Below are positions 40,658 through 52,340 of a DNA stretch of 64,000 bases, one piece after another. The stretch's first letter is position 1. Each line of letters begins with the position of its first letter. The notes under the pieces are model-generated. The model saw only the letters and a program-made list of their open reading frames with translations. It was not told where the DNA came from and did not search any database. The position numbers and the translations under genes are program-made. Location: contig MNCI01000967.1 of NCBI GenBank assembly GCA_015680685.1, positions 418,458 to 482,457 on the forward strand, read 5' to 3'. The DNA comes from Gnetum montanum (taxonomy: Eukaryota > Plantae > Gnetophyta).

Positions 40658-40675
40658 TCCTCAATAATGGTGCCA
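40658..40675 (-). promoter_or_regulatory. tRNA-Asp type PBS (Athila)
   Basis: Minus strand TGGCACCATTATTGAGGA differs from TGGCGCCGTTGCCGGGGA only by C-to-T and G-to-A changes. Confidence 0.75.
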
Positions 40676-40676
40676 A

Positions 40677-41613
40677 TGATGAGTGACGCAGTACCCCTAT
40701 TCTCAACCATACAAATACAAATGTTTTATGCATGATCCGGTCGAATTACAAGAACTAAGTGCTTATGCGCCCTTGTGGAAGAAGGATGGGTTGGTTGATT
40801 TTTGTCTTTCCTAGCTTACCTATATGTCATGATTGTATGGTTAAGTAAGCTTTAGGCACATGATTTTTATAGCTTTTATGTTTTTATGTCCTATGCTAAT
40901 AGGGAAAGAGAGATAACTAGGTGACTAATTTAACTTAACTACTCATTAACTAAGTTCTAAATAATCCTAACACAAGCATCCATTCCCACTTTCCATACAC
41001 ATCCTAAACCAGTGCAACACTGCTGGGATTACTAAACCCTAATCATTACTAGGTTACCGAGTATTACACGCATACTCAAAGCAGTCGTGCTTGTGTAATT
41101 TAACGATTTGCTTAATTGATCAAAATGAATTGTTGTGCTAATAACATAAATGTGAAGTGCATAAAATAAAATAAAATAAAATAAATTCATAAGAAAATAA
41201 AATAAAAGAAATGGGTAAGAAAACAAATCTCAAGTGCTGCAAGGATGAATCAAAGAGCTCGTCTTTATTGCCATACACAAGGTGTGCTCAAGTACATAAT
41301 GCTCGAATAAAGATCCATCCACACTTATACCTCCTGTTGCATGCACTTGGAAAATACTCTAACTTTCAAATACACTACAAGAGTTTTGCTACTTGACTCT
41401 TGAAAGACTTCTCCTAAATTATGTGCCTGGGCATTGTATTTATAGGCTTTGGAGCAACTACTCTAATAATTAGAATAACTGCTAAAGTAACCACTAGAGT
41501 AACCACTCTAATAATTAGAATAACTGCTAGAGTAACCACTCTAATAATTAGAATAACTACTAAGGTAACCCCTAGAGTAACCTCTCTAATAATTAGAGTA
41601 ACTACTCTCATCA
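40677..41613 (-). repeat. 5' LTR of the Athila element
   Basis: Colinear with 22906-23865; adjoins the PBS. Confidence 0.92.
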
Positions 41614-41618
41614 ATCTT

Positions 41619-41950
41619 GTATGTGCTCATGCCTCATCTTCTCTTACTATTCTATTTAGAACTTCAACATTGACATCTTGTCTATCTCATTCTTTTTGAC
41701 ATCACTTTCTTTTGTGAACTAATTCATGTTCTCATTTTATGGGAATGTTTGTTTGATCCTATGAAATAGTAACATATTCTATTTGATCAGTTTCTAATCT
41801 AGAATCATGGCTTCATCCATATCTAGAAATTTAGCCATGTCCATATCCACTTCCCCTTGAAGGATCATTTCCTTCTTTTGTAGAAATAATGTGTATAATA
41901 TCAACACTAGAAAGACCATGATTGAACTTTATATTTTATACAAACTTGCT
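41619..41950 (-). pseudogene. Probable N-terminal continuation of the Helitron Rep ORF
   Basis: Lies beyond the ATCTT TSD, so it was contiguous with 22900 before the Athila insertion; charged low-complexity decayed frame. Confidence 0.45.
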
Positions 41951-42589
41951 TGTGAGCACTATGTTCAAGATTTAATGGTTCATGTCTGACCTTTTGTATG
42001 TTAAAAATGTATCATTTTAAGTGCCTAAGATCCTTTTTTGCAAATATATATATAGAGGCAATTTATTTTATCATATATCAATTTATGAATGTTTTAGATA
42101 ATTGGTTATGATATTTTAATATATTTTGACTTTTTTAGCATGATAAGATGTATTGCTTAAACATTGAATATGCATATTTTTACTTACTTGTCTTGAAATT
42201 CCTCTCATATTGTTAGAAGAATATTGGTTTAGAGATAGGTTACTTGCTCTTAAATATCTTTTAAAAATCTTGAATCTAGTTTGTTTCTTGTTGTTGTGGA
42301 TACATGAAGGGCCATTTTTGATAAACACTCATTTTGCTTCATTATTCCTATGAAATTAATAAGATGTATGTACTCTTCATATGGTTCCCTTGAAAAATGT
42401 TTGTTTGTTATGCATGATTATATTATGAAACATTTTTACAAGTGTTTGGATGAATTCTTTTGGGTACTAATCATACAAGAGGAGAGTTTTGTACTCATTA
42501 TGCAATGGCTCTCCATAACTATATGTTTTTGTTCTAAAATGATATATCTTTAAGATACAAGTTTATATGCATCATCCTTTTTGGTCACG

Positions 42590-42790
42590 TCCAAAAAGGG
42601 GGAGAAGTAGGTAAAAATGTGTTATTATTGTGTTATTATTATTGAGACAAGAATAACCCATTTTCTTAAGTTTTGGACATTATCAAAAAGGGGAAGATTG
42701 TGGACCTTTTGGTTTTGGTATGTCAAAACATTAAGAAAAATGAAAGACAAGTTTGTTTGTATGTGTGAGTGTTGTTGTTGTGCTTTCAGG
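42590..42790 (+). mobile_element. SIRE-type 3' end: duplicated PPT and start of an LTR (42699)
   Basis: AAAAAGGGGGAGAA near 42593-42607 and AAAAAGGGGAAGAT followed by TGTGGACC at 42685-42706; multiple PPTs are a Sirevirus signature. Confidence 0.6.
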
Positions 42791-42794
42791 TAAC

Positions 42795-43230
42795 CATTGA
42801 CATTGAATTCCTAAATGAGCACATCAACATCATTGGCTAAGTGACCAAGAGCTATGAGGCAATCATGCACTTTGATAGAGCTTCAATAGCCCATGGGGCT
42901 AGTATCTTTGCCATCATGAAATTCTTATTTGGTGAAATCCAATCCTTTGCCTATCAATTCGAGTTTCCATGTACCAACAATATAATAGAGTATGAAGGTT
43001 TGATCAAAGGAATGATGGTAGCTCACGACCTAGGAGTTAAGTGCTTGATGATCAAAGGCAATTCACAACTTGTGGTTAACCAAGTAACCAAGGTTTATGC
43101 ATGCAAATCCAAACATCTACAACTAATGACCTAGGAAAGCAATTGTTACAACAATTTGCAGACATTAATATCCAACACATACCCCACAATGAAAACACTA
43201 TAGTCGATGCCATTGCAACGCTAACCCTTA
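42795..43230 (+). pseudogene. Tat-type additional (archaeal-like) RNase HI domain fragment
   Basis: EFLNEHI..HFDRAS..FEFPCTNNIIEYEGLI.G..DLGVK.L.IKGNSQLVVNQV..HIPHNENTIVDAIA. Confidence 0.85.
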
Positions 43231-45667
43231 GTGTGATGTTAGATGTGTTTAATAAGTTTTCCATTCAATAAAAATTCTCTATTATTATTTGAACCCATTT
43301 AGTTTCACTAAATAAAGTATCTTCAAACTTCTTGAAACAATGACGATGTTTATAGCTTCAAGACTAGGAGTAGAGAAACTAGAGTTATATTAGCATGATA
43401 GCTAATTACAAAGTTAGAAAAAGAACTACTACTTTTATCTAAATAAATAGGTGTACTTTAGTATGTCTAAACTTTCTAATGATGAATTTTTATTTTTGCA
43501 GATATCATTAATCAAACCAATATTCCTAAACACTTACTAATCTAGCTCTTACCCAATTCTTGAATTGGATTAACATGCAAGGTTGGCGTTCATGGGTCTT
43601 TATAACTAGTTGTTTTGATTAATACATTGTCAATCAATTTTATTATCATTATAATGAATAATAAAAACTAGAAAAATTTAGGACATGAATTAGCAAGAAA
43701 CCAATAGCCATTACATTAGCAAATGTGTAGGAATTCTTAGGATTCATGTGAAAACTAGAATTAATTTACAAGAAAAACCTTCTCATCATGATGAAAAGTG
43801 ATTATCTAAGTAATTTTTTAATACAATAGCTTCTGGAGGTGAAAGACTTAATATTAATAAAAAATATTTTGTTACTTTTATGGCTAGTCAAATTTTGAAA
43901 AGTAATTTATTACTAATTAATAAGAAACAAAGTCGAATAAGCTCTAGTATTGTATGGTTATATGATGTCTTTTTTAATAATAAGATAAATGATATTCCAA
44001 AAATAATATTTACTAGAATAAAAAGTATTAAACCAATTCATGAGATCCTAGCCTCTACATATCTTACTTTTTTTATTTTTTATTACAAAAAAAGGGTTTA
44101 ATATGGGGATGATACTAACCATTCATCATAACATCACCTTCAAACAACTATTTGGGGTACATTCCCTCATCAACATTTCTATAAAATAAGCCATTCCATA
44201 CCTACAACCTTCCAAATTTCCTACTACCACCACTACTATCACATCCCCATTCTCAAATGATGTTGCTACCTAACAAAGATGGTGCCTTTTCATAACAAGT
44301 GTTATTGTTATCTTAACAAAGACCCAAAAAGGAAATTTTAATTGAGACCCAAAAGGATGTATTGTAACAACGGACATGTCTCTTTAGGTAACCTTTGAAT
44401 GTTTGACCTAAGGCATTTATACACTAAATTAGAGGTCATGCTAGTAGGAGTGGCGGAGCTAGTATAGCCAAGTCATGGGAGCCAAAAGAAGTGGAACAGG
44501 AAGTGGATTGGCCATCCCTTTTAATTGATTGTAGGCCTAACCATGGTGGTAATGTTAAATTGCCTCTAAGGGATAGATTCCAAAGAAAGAGAACCCCAAA
44601 GAACACTCTTAGAGCATAATCCAGATACGCTATTCCATATCAATAAAGCATTATTTTCTTTTTCTTTTTGCATTTTTCCTATTATTTCCTTTATACATAA
44701 TGTCGAATATCACATATATTTTGCATTTGGTATATTCTCTTCATATGCTTAATGTCTAATATAATTCATATTTGATGTTTTCCATGACATCTGAGGATGG
44801 GATTTCACCATTGGTATTGGAGTAAACCATAACCCAAGGGCCATTCAGAACCATCGGCCAACTACAACATGAACCTAATGATGAACCTTGAAGCCACAAT
44901 ACAGGGAAAGCCATTGATCATCACCAGATGTACCATATGTTTGTGATGTAAGTTACAAGATACCTTTCCATTGATTTCATGAATAATGAATCAAGCATCT
45001 AGATCCTAGCAACCAACAAACTTCTTTCATGGATATCATTAACCAACAAAAATATGATCACACCTCATCAAGATTTATCAATTACAAGAGATGTTGATAA
45101 GACAATGATACACCTATCCAAGTAACTCTTACCCATCTTAATACTATAATTATTAATTGATTAGGATCATTATTAAATTTCCTTCAATAAAGTTAGTAAC
45201 CATGCCTTGAATTGATCTTGTTTTATTGAAATTCACTATCCATGTAATCTAGAAGATTTCAAGTTACCATATGTTAGCCTAGAAATGTTAGTTCAACAAA
45301 ATAGGCTAGTTTGGTTCTTTTAATTCCTAAAAAATCAGCTTCATTTTTGAACCCTAGGACTATGCCATTGCATATTACTCGTTGAGATAATTCCAACGAT
45401 ACAAATTTTCTCTTGATCATACTTACGGTTTGGGTGATATTGATGTTCAAAGTTTTTCATTATATGTGCATTAAAATAATTTTAATTATTTAATTATTAA
45501 ATTATTATTATTATTTTTAAAAAAACTTAAATTTTTAGTGTTGGAAATTAACCTAGAATTTCCATTTACCAACATCGAACCTCTACCCTATCATCAACCA
45601 AACCACCATGTCAACCGTTGAGGCAAGATGGATTAAAAAAAAACACTCTAAAACAATTATTGAGCGG

Positions 45668-45690
45668 GAGGTCACAAGTTTGATCCCGTG
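45668..45690 (+). promoter_or_regulatory. tRNA-like variable loop plus T-arm / Pol III B-box hairpin
   Basis: GAGGTCACAAGTTTGATCCCGTG, restorable to GAGGT-CACGGG-TTCGAT-CCCGTG; positional homolog of 54726-54748. Confidence 0.5.
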
Positions 45691-46912
45691 CCAAAAAATA
45701 TTTTTTATTAATAATAGTAATACAAATAAAAAATATTATTATTTATTAAAAAATTTAAAGAAACCCCTTTTGGATAGGCTGCAACTAACCTTATTGCAAA
45801 TCATAGCAAGGCCCACAAGGCTGACTAGCTACCACCAACAACTAGGCCTACCATGCAACACCAACCTGCTGCTTCAGCAACCCTTCACATGTTGTTGTCA
45901 CTTGATTCTACCGTTGGCCTGCATGTCATGACTCTTCACCCTACCACCTTCTATCTAACACATTCCAATACCTTTGTATGCACTCACACCATTTTCCTAC
46001 CTGCTACCTACCACCTTCATATGAAACCCTTATCATGTTTTTCACAGTTGTCGTTGACTGCATCACTACTACCTGTCACACCTATGGATCATCACCTCCC
46101 ATACCATGGATCATCACCACCCATGCTATGGATCATTGTCTTCCATGTCATTAAACATCACCTCCCATGCTACAGATCATCACCTTCCATGTCATCAATC
46201 AATGCCTCCTACATCGTCCATCATCGCCTTTCCCTCTAACACTAAAAAAACCCTCATCATCAATGTGTTTCAAGGTTATGCAAGCCATATTGATGGGTCA
46301 CATAGGCCCTATTAAAGGACCATGATGGCCTTATTTAGGGCTATGTAAGCCATGTGGATGGTTTCATGAGCCCTAAGGAGGGCCAGATGAACCTTGAGGA
46401 GGGGCACATAGGCCCCAAGAAAGGCCATGCAAGCCCTAGGAAGGATCCCATAGGCCCCAAAAAGGGTTGCACAAGCCCTAGGAAGGGTTTCACATGCCCA
46501 TGTGGGGGCCACATGAGCCCATGTATGGGTTAAGCTAGCCTTTGTGGGCCTCACTAGCTCTGCATAGACCACATGATGGAAAATGCCACACCACCATAGT
46601 AAATTCCATTGCCGACATGCACCTTCTCACCTATCGCTACCCTCGTCAACATGTCCAACATGGTCATTGATGTTACCCAGCAATCACTCAGGCCACCATC
46701 AGTGTGCCATGATCACCATTGTTTCCATTGTAATGAAACAACAAATTGAAAATTTTCAATTGCCCATCAACTAATGGAAAAATTAAAATTTCTGTCAATT
46801 AACAAAAAATTCAAATTTCCATCATTGAACGATTATTTTAAATTATAAATGCATGAAATATTTTTTAAATTTGAATTTGGTACCTTAGTAACCATAGGAA
46901 TAAAAATTTTGT

Positions 46913-46969
46913 AATTAAGCATGCTCATTCTAGAGTAGAACTAGGATGGGTGACCTCTCAGGAAGTCTC
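46913..46969 (+). promoter_or_regulatory. 5S rRNA-derived segment (A-box, IE, C-box internal control region), not a full 5S gene
   Basis: TTAAGCATGCTCATTCTAGAGTAGAACTAGGATGGGTGACCTCTCAGGAAGTC versus plant 5S TTAAGCGTGCTTGGGCGAGAGTAGTACTAGGATGGGTGACCTCCTGGGAAGTC (consensus from memory). Confidence 0.85.
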
Positions 46970-47636
46970 ATTTTTCATGCCAAAGGTCCTATAGTTCAAA
47001 AGCCATAACTTTTGATTTTGGAAGCCTTTTTCAGCAAATGAAGAGTCATTTCCTATATTTTTCAACCTTCTAAACACATTTGTGAAGTCAAATCCATCCT
47101 CGGAAACCCAAAAATTAGTTTTTACTCGTTGCTTGAAATAGTACCTCAAGATTCTCAAAAGTTTAATTTTCAACATAACTTGAGCATACGATGTCCATTT
47201 TCAACATATGAATAGTCATTTCCAACATTTTTCACCCTTCTAAACTCAATGGGGAGGTTAGATTTATCATCTAGGTACCTAATAATTCATTGATATCATA
47301 AATCGTGATTAACGAATATAACCTTTTTGGCATCTTAAGATCACTATGGCATGTCATTAGTTACACTACCAAAGTCAGTGTTCTTAAGGGGGTAGAAAGG
47401 CATTAAGAATTAGATAATATAGTTAAATATTACTAAAAATTAGGTAATGTAATTATATATTACTAAAATTAGATAATGTAGTTATTTAATTGATGTAGTT
47501 GATTATCATTTGATGTATTAGTTAATGATCAATTGATGTATTAGTTGAAGAATTAGTTGAGGAAACATAATAATCTTCAACCATCAAGAAAAGGTATATT
47601 AATCCATCTTATAATCAAAACATATGGCAAAAAAAC

Positions 47637-48793
47637 ATGGAGACTCAAAATCATGTTTCAACAAGGAGTATGATACCCATGAAGAGAAATAATCTAGAAG
47701 AGAATCCAAGAATGAGAATGAAACTTTCAACATACAACATGCTTGCAAGATTCCTAGTGAGTGAAAAACAACATCTGCTATGTCCATCATGGGCCTTGGA
47801 TTAGCATGAATATCCATATCCACATATCTTAGTAGAGTTAGAAGATTTGGATTCTAATGTCTTGTGCTACAGGAAATCTTGCCATGGGAGTTTCTATACC
47901 AATTCCAACCAAACTTGGAAAATATGGGATACAGAGGTATTTACAAACAACAAGGTCCTATGGAAGTTCTTCTTTTGAGCTGCATAGATTAGCATATTAC
48001 AGAAATCACAACATGGATGGTTGTATGATATTTTATAAAGAAGCCAAGTTTGAATTAGTACAAAGATTTTAATGGATTTTAGAATATATGATTTTTGAAA
48101 TTACAAAACTTCAAGCAATGGACAAGAAAGAATAGTTAAGACTGCAAAAAAATCACATGGCCTTAGTAGTAATTCTAAAAATCCATCTATCAAGAAGCTA
48201 TGTATGCGTGGTCAACACACATTTACTTGCCAAATCAACATGTTCAAGTGTTAGATTATGTCAAGAAGCATATTTGATTAAGCAAATACAAGAAAGATTG
48301 AAGAATAAGTTATTCTTAAGTTACATTGATCCACTTTCATTTATTCTTTTTGGAGACTTTAATGCAAAAGTTGGAAGTAGTGTTTATCAATTCTTAAAAT
48401 ATGGATATGTGAAGGAATCTTTGGAACCTAATTTGAAGAAGATGTTTCCATCAATTCAACATGCAATTCCATTAGCCAATGCATATTTTACTTACTTTGA
48501 ATCTTTAGTAGATAAATCATATTCTAGAATTTAAAAATAGATGATGTTGATGAATAATACTCATCAAGAACCATATTTTACCAATTACTCTACAATGATT
48601 AATCAGGATGGATTAACAACATTTTTCATTGAGACCTTATATTATATTTGGTACAGTGTTTGATTCTTCAAAGTTACCAAGTTACTAGAGTTAATTTCTA
48701 AAGAAGAAGTTGAGAAGAATCAAGATCAAGCGTTGTCATCCCGAACAATACCATCTGATCACATACCACTTACTCAACAACCAAAAAACTAGT
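47637..48793 (+). pseudogene. CCR4: Intronless CCR4/nocturnin-family (EEP) deadenylase catalytic domain, decayed
   Basis: In order: STYNMLA, CPSWALD*, ELEDLDSNVLC/QEI, GYRGIYK, DGCMIFYK, VCVVNTHL, VRLCQ, ILFGDFNA, SSVYQFL, HAIPLANAY, EPYFTNY, ETLYYIWY, PSDHIPL (48751-48771). Confidence 0.9.
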
Positions 48794-49546
48794 ATTTCAA
48801 CAAAAAATATGAATGACTTCACAAAGGAAACCATAGAAATCATACATCCTATCTTAGTTAAATTAGAAGATGAAAACATCCAAAACTAGATAAACTTATT
48901 TTTAGAAGCATCTATGGTCATAGATAAGATTAAGGATGATGTAGAAGAGATAAGAAAAAAAGGAGTCAAAAGGGTATGTAGAACATATTTTGATAAATTC
49001 AAAGCTAATGGAAAACATTACAGCTATAAAAGCATGACATACATAATTTCTACATACACTAGTCAATCTAAGCTCAAAATCAAAGGAGTTCATTAAAATT
49101 ATTAATATTTTGATCAAATAACAAGAAGAATTCTTGTAGGTAAAGAAGATGCTAAGTAGAAAGGAAGAAAAATGACCTAAAATAATTCTAGTAGCTAAGC
49201 CTTCAAACAAGTGGTGAATTTAAAAATAATTATTGATGAAGTAAATCATGAGTCTAGAGGTATTAGAAGGAGAAATTTTTATCTTCTTATACATTATTCT
49301 ATTATTAAATTTCTTTTCATGATTAATGTCAAAATAGAACTAATTAATCAAATTGTTAACCAATGTAAGAAGGAAATATGGATTTTTGTCTATCTAACAT
49401 GTGGTTGACAAAGGGAGCACCATAATATTTCATTTTACTTTATTTTTTTAAACAAGCTCATAGTCGGTGATGTAACTAAATCTATTGTAACCACTAGAAC
49501 TAATTGTTAGTTTTATTAGCATGTGTATAAATTTGTATGAGGAATT

Positions 49547-49959
49547 TGATGTGGAGGACATGTTTTTAGAAGAGATTTGTATTTTTTCACTACACTTACT
49601 CTTGTGAAAAATAAGTTTATTTGATATTCTAGTTATAGAAATACTTTATTTTATCATTCTTATAGCATATCTTTATTTCTTAGTTCTACTAAAAAACTGG
49701 ATTTTTCTAATTATCCTAATATATTCTATTATATAATGGTAGTTATTAACTTATAGATAAGTTAATCAAGTAGGAATTTGTTAAAATATTATCTCATTTT
49801 CAAAGGGTGATTTGATAATAGGGGATTATGTCATATATATCTTAACTTGGTTTATTGTTTTAATGATTGTAATCAATTAGAAATAATTACTCTTCTAAAC
49901 TACTTTCATCATTGTTATATCCTAACGAATTAATTTCTTACCTTAATTTTAATCCATCA
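49547..49959 (+). repeat. Isolated LTR of the family at 12598-13016, without a matching TSD
   Basis: TGATGTGGAGGACATG...CCTTAATTTTAATCCATCA; flanks GAATT and CAAAG differ. Confidence 0.75.
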
Positions 49960-51637
49960 CAAAGGGACTACCCTCAAACATAAATGCTAGACACAAATTT
50001 TAAGAGAAGGTTAAAAAGATCAAGAATCATCACCAATATAGCATATTCATTCCTTACATAAAAACTAAAAAAAATGTAGAAGCTCTAAAAATTAAAAAAA
50101 AAATGTAGAGAATTGATGAACAATGAATATAAAGCTATCATGAAAAACTAGACTTGAAAATTAGTAAATAAACCAACAAGAAAGAAGATGACTAACTATA
50201 AATGGTTTTATAAAATCAAATTTAATTAAAGATGAGAAATCATCAAACACAATGCAAGACTTGTGGCTATAGGCTTTAAACAAAAGAAACACATTCTCTA
50301 TGAAGAGATATTTTCTTAAGTAGCAAGATTTACAACTATTAAACTCATCCTATTCATAGATACTCATAATAATCTCAAATGCCACCAAATGAATGCGAAC
50401 TTAGCATTTCTTAATGGTAATTTTAATGAGAAATTCTATGTCTACCAATCTAAAGGTTATGTTATAAAAAAAGACAAGATAAAATATGCAATTTAAGTAA
50501 AGTCTTTTATGGATTAAAGCAAGGTCTAAGAACATGGTTTCATGGAATTAATGACTACTTTCTAAAAAAAAGATATTCATATTTCATGTTTGAATCTACC
50601 TTGTACTACAAGCATGATAACAAGGAATTTATTATAGTCCCACTTTATATGCATGATCTTGTATCAACAATTATAAACAACAAGCTAATAGAATAATTTA
50701 AACTTGACATGAAGAGTAAATCTAAAATGAAAGACTTAGAAGAACTAAAGTATTTTCCTGTAATACAAGTTGATCAAAACAAGGAAGAAATTAAAGTTCA
50801 TCAAAATAAAAATGCTTCCTTTGGACAAGTACAAAATTAGTAAAGAAAAAGCCATCATGATTCCTCTACCTTACAATCTAAAACATAAAAATAATAACAT
50901 AATTCTTATAGATGCAAATCAATATAGGAGCATAATTGAAGCTCTCAAAATACTTTGTCATACAAGAAAAGATCTTAAATATGCCACCTCCTATCTATCA
51001 TGATTTATACATGAACCAAGGTAGAGCCACCGTAATGCTCTTATGCATGCCTTAAAATATGTCAATTGTACAATAGATCATGGAACCATCTATACCAAGG
51101 GAAATGGATACCTTCATGCCTATTTAGATGTTGATTAGAAAGAAAATCATAATGATAGAAATTTAACATTCAGAACTATAATATGTCATGGAGATAATTC
51201 AATATATTGAAAATTAAAAAAAGAAACTTCTATTAGCCTCTCAACTTATGAAGCTAAATTTATAGCAATGGATGAGAACATCCAACACATACTTTGGCTC
51301 AAGAAACTCATGATGCAGCTAGGATTCCAAGCTACCTCCCAATCAAATTATTTTCTAATAACATAGTTATCATTCAACTATCCAATGAGCATTTGCATCA
51401 TAAAAAACTAAAACACATTGACATAAAATACTATTTCATAAAGCAATAAGTGAAGGAAAATATAAAATTCATTCATGTTGAAATAAATGATTAACTTTCA
51501 AATATGCTAATAAAATCTCTTCTTCCATACAGGAATGAACCTCTTAACAAACTCATTTTATTTCTAAATATCGAGAGATAAGGATTAGTAGTTTCATCTC
51601 ACCTTAAAGAAGGGACTGTTAACATTAGTATGACATG
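49960..51637 (+). mobile_element. pol: Ty1/copia RT-RNase H remnant, PPT and first 21 nt of its 3' LTR (continues at 60966-61205)
   Basis: WFYKIK, ARLVAIGFKQ, HQMNANLAFLNG, FYGLKQ, LYMHDL, LSTYEAKF, KHIDIKYYF; PPT AAAGAAGGGAC then TGTTAAC at 51617. Confidence 0.85.
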
Positions 51638-52134
51638 TGTAACGTCCCATCCCTTATTAAGGGTGGAAACAATTGTAAACAATGTAATTAACCTTCTAAT
51701 GGAGGGTACCTCGTTATGAAGAGTTATGACTATTCATGTATCCCTTGGGAAAGGGTTTGACCTATGCTATTTAAGGTAGGGATTAGAGGTTGCGGAGCCT
51801 GGAGAGGCAAGTAATGGGAGTTGGATGAAGTGGAACAAGCAGGGGACTAGCCCACCCATCTGGCCGGGTTATACGCCTAACCATGGTGGCAGTGCTAGAT
51901 TGCCTCTAAGGCTTAAGTGGCATAGGAAGACAACCCAAAAGGGCATTACAGTACTCTCTTCCATTAATATAATTCTTCCATTTTTCTTTCCTTGTTTAAT
52001 TCTTTAGTATCAATTATTTATTTGCTAATTAATTCATTATTTAAGTGTTTATAATCTTTCCAATATGTTATCCATGATGAATATAATAAATTAAGCATTT
52101 GTATTTTTATGACATCTGGGAATGGGATGTCACA
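51638..52134 (+). repeat. 5' LTR of the Tekay element
   Basis: TGTAACGTCCCAT...ATGGGATGTCACA. Confidence 0.93.
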
Positions 52135-52340
52135 TTTGGTATCGAAGCAAATCACAATTTAGGAATCAAAATGAAAGCAAAACCTTATTTTATTATTATC
52201 ATAGAAAAAAAGTACATTTAAGAAAAATAACAACATGCAAGAAAATATTATTTTATTTTATTATCAAAAGGAATGAAGAGGAAGTACATCATCTAAAAAA
52301 GGGGGTAGAATGAGAAAATAAAGAAAAGGAGAAACTATAA

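Larger units (their letters stand above)
22906..41613 (-). mobile_element. Athila-type Ty3/gypsy with both LTRs, inserted into the Helitron
   Basis: LTRs 22906-23865 and 40677-41613 (TGATGAG...CTCATCA); TSD ATCTT at 22901-22905 and 41614-41618; tRNA-Asp PBS; PPT TGGGGGTA; gag-PR-RT-RH-IN remnants. Confidence 0.93.
44237..47396 (+). mobile_element. Non-autonomous relative of the Tekay element: 5' LTR, PBS, internal regulatory module, PPT; no gag-pol and no 3' LTR
   Basis: LTR ~44237-44810 shares blocks with 51638-52134 (GCCTAACCATGGTGG, TTGCCTCTAAGG, ATGACATCTG..ATGGGAT); PBS TGGTATTGGAGT at 44812-44823; same PPT context CTTAAGGGGGTAGA at 47383-47396. Confidence 0.75.

Noticed and set aside
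45608-46774. His/Pro-rich ORFs in the non-autonomous element
   Set aside because: Arise from degenerate CATCACC/GGCCC repeats; no domain recognisable and no counterpart frame in the Tekay copy
47599-47823. Minus-strand 74-aa ORF
   Set aside because: Shadow of the plus-strand CCR4-like N-terminus
47637-48793. LINE or Helentron AP endonuclease
   Set aside because: CPSWAL, DGC.IFY, NTHL and EP.FTNY are CCR4-family motifs, and no LINE RT follows
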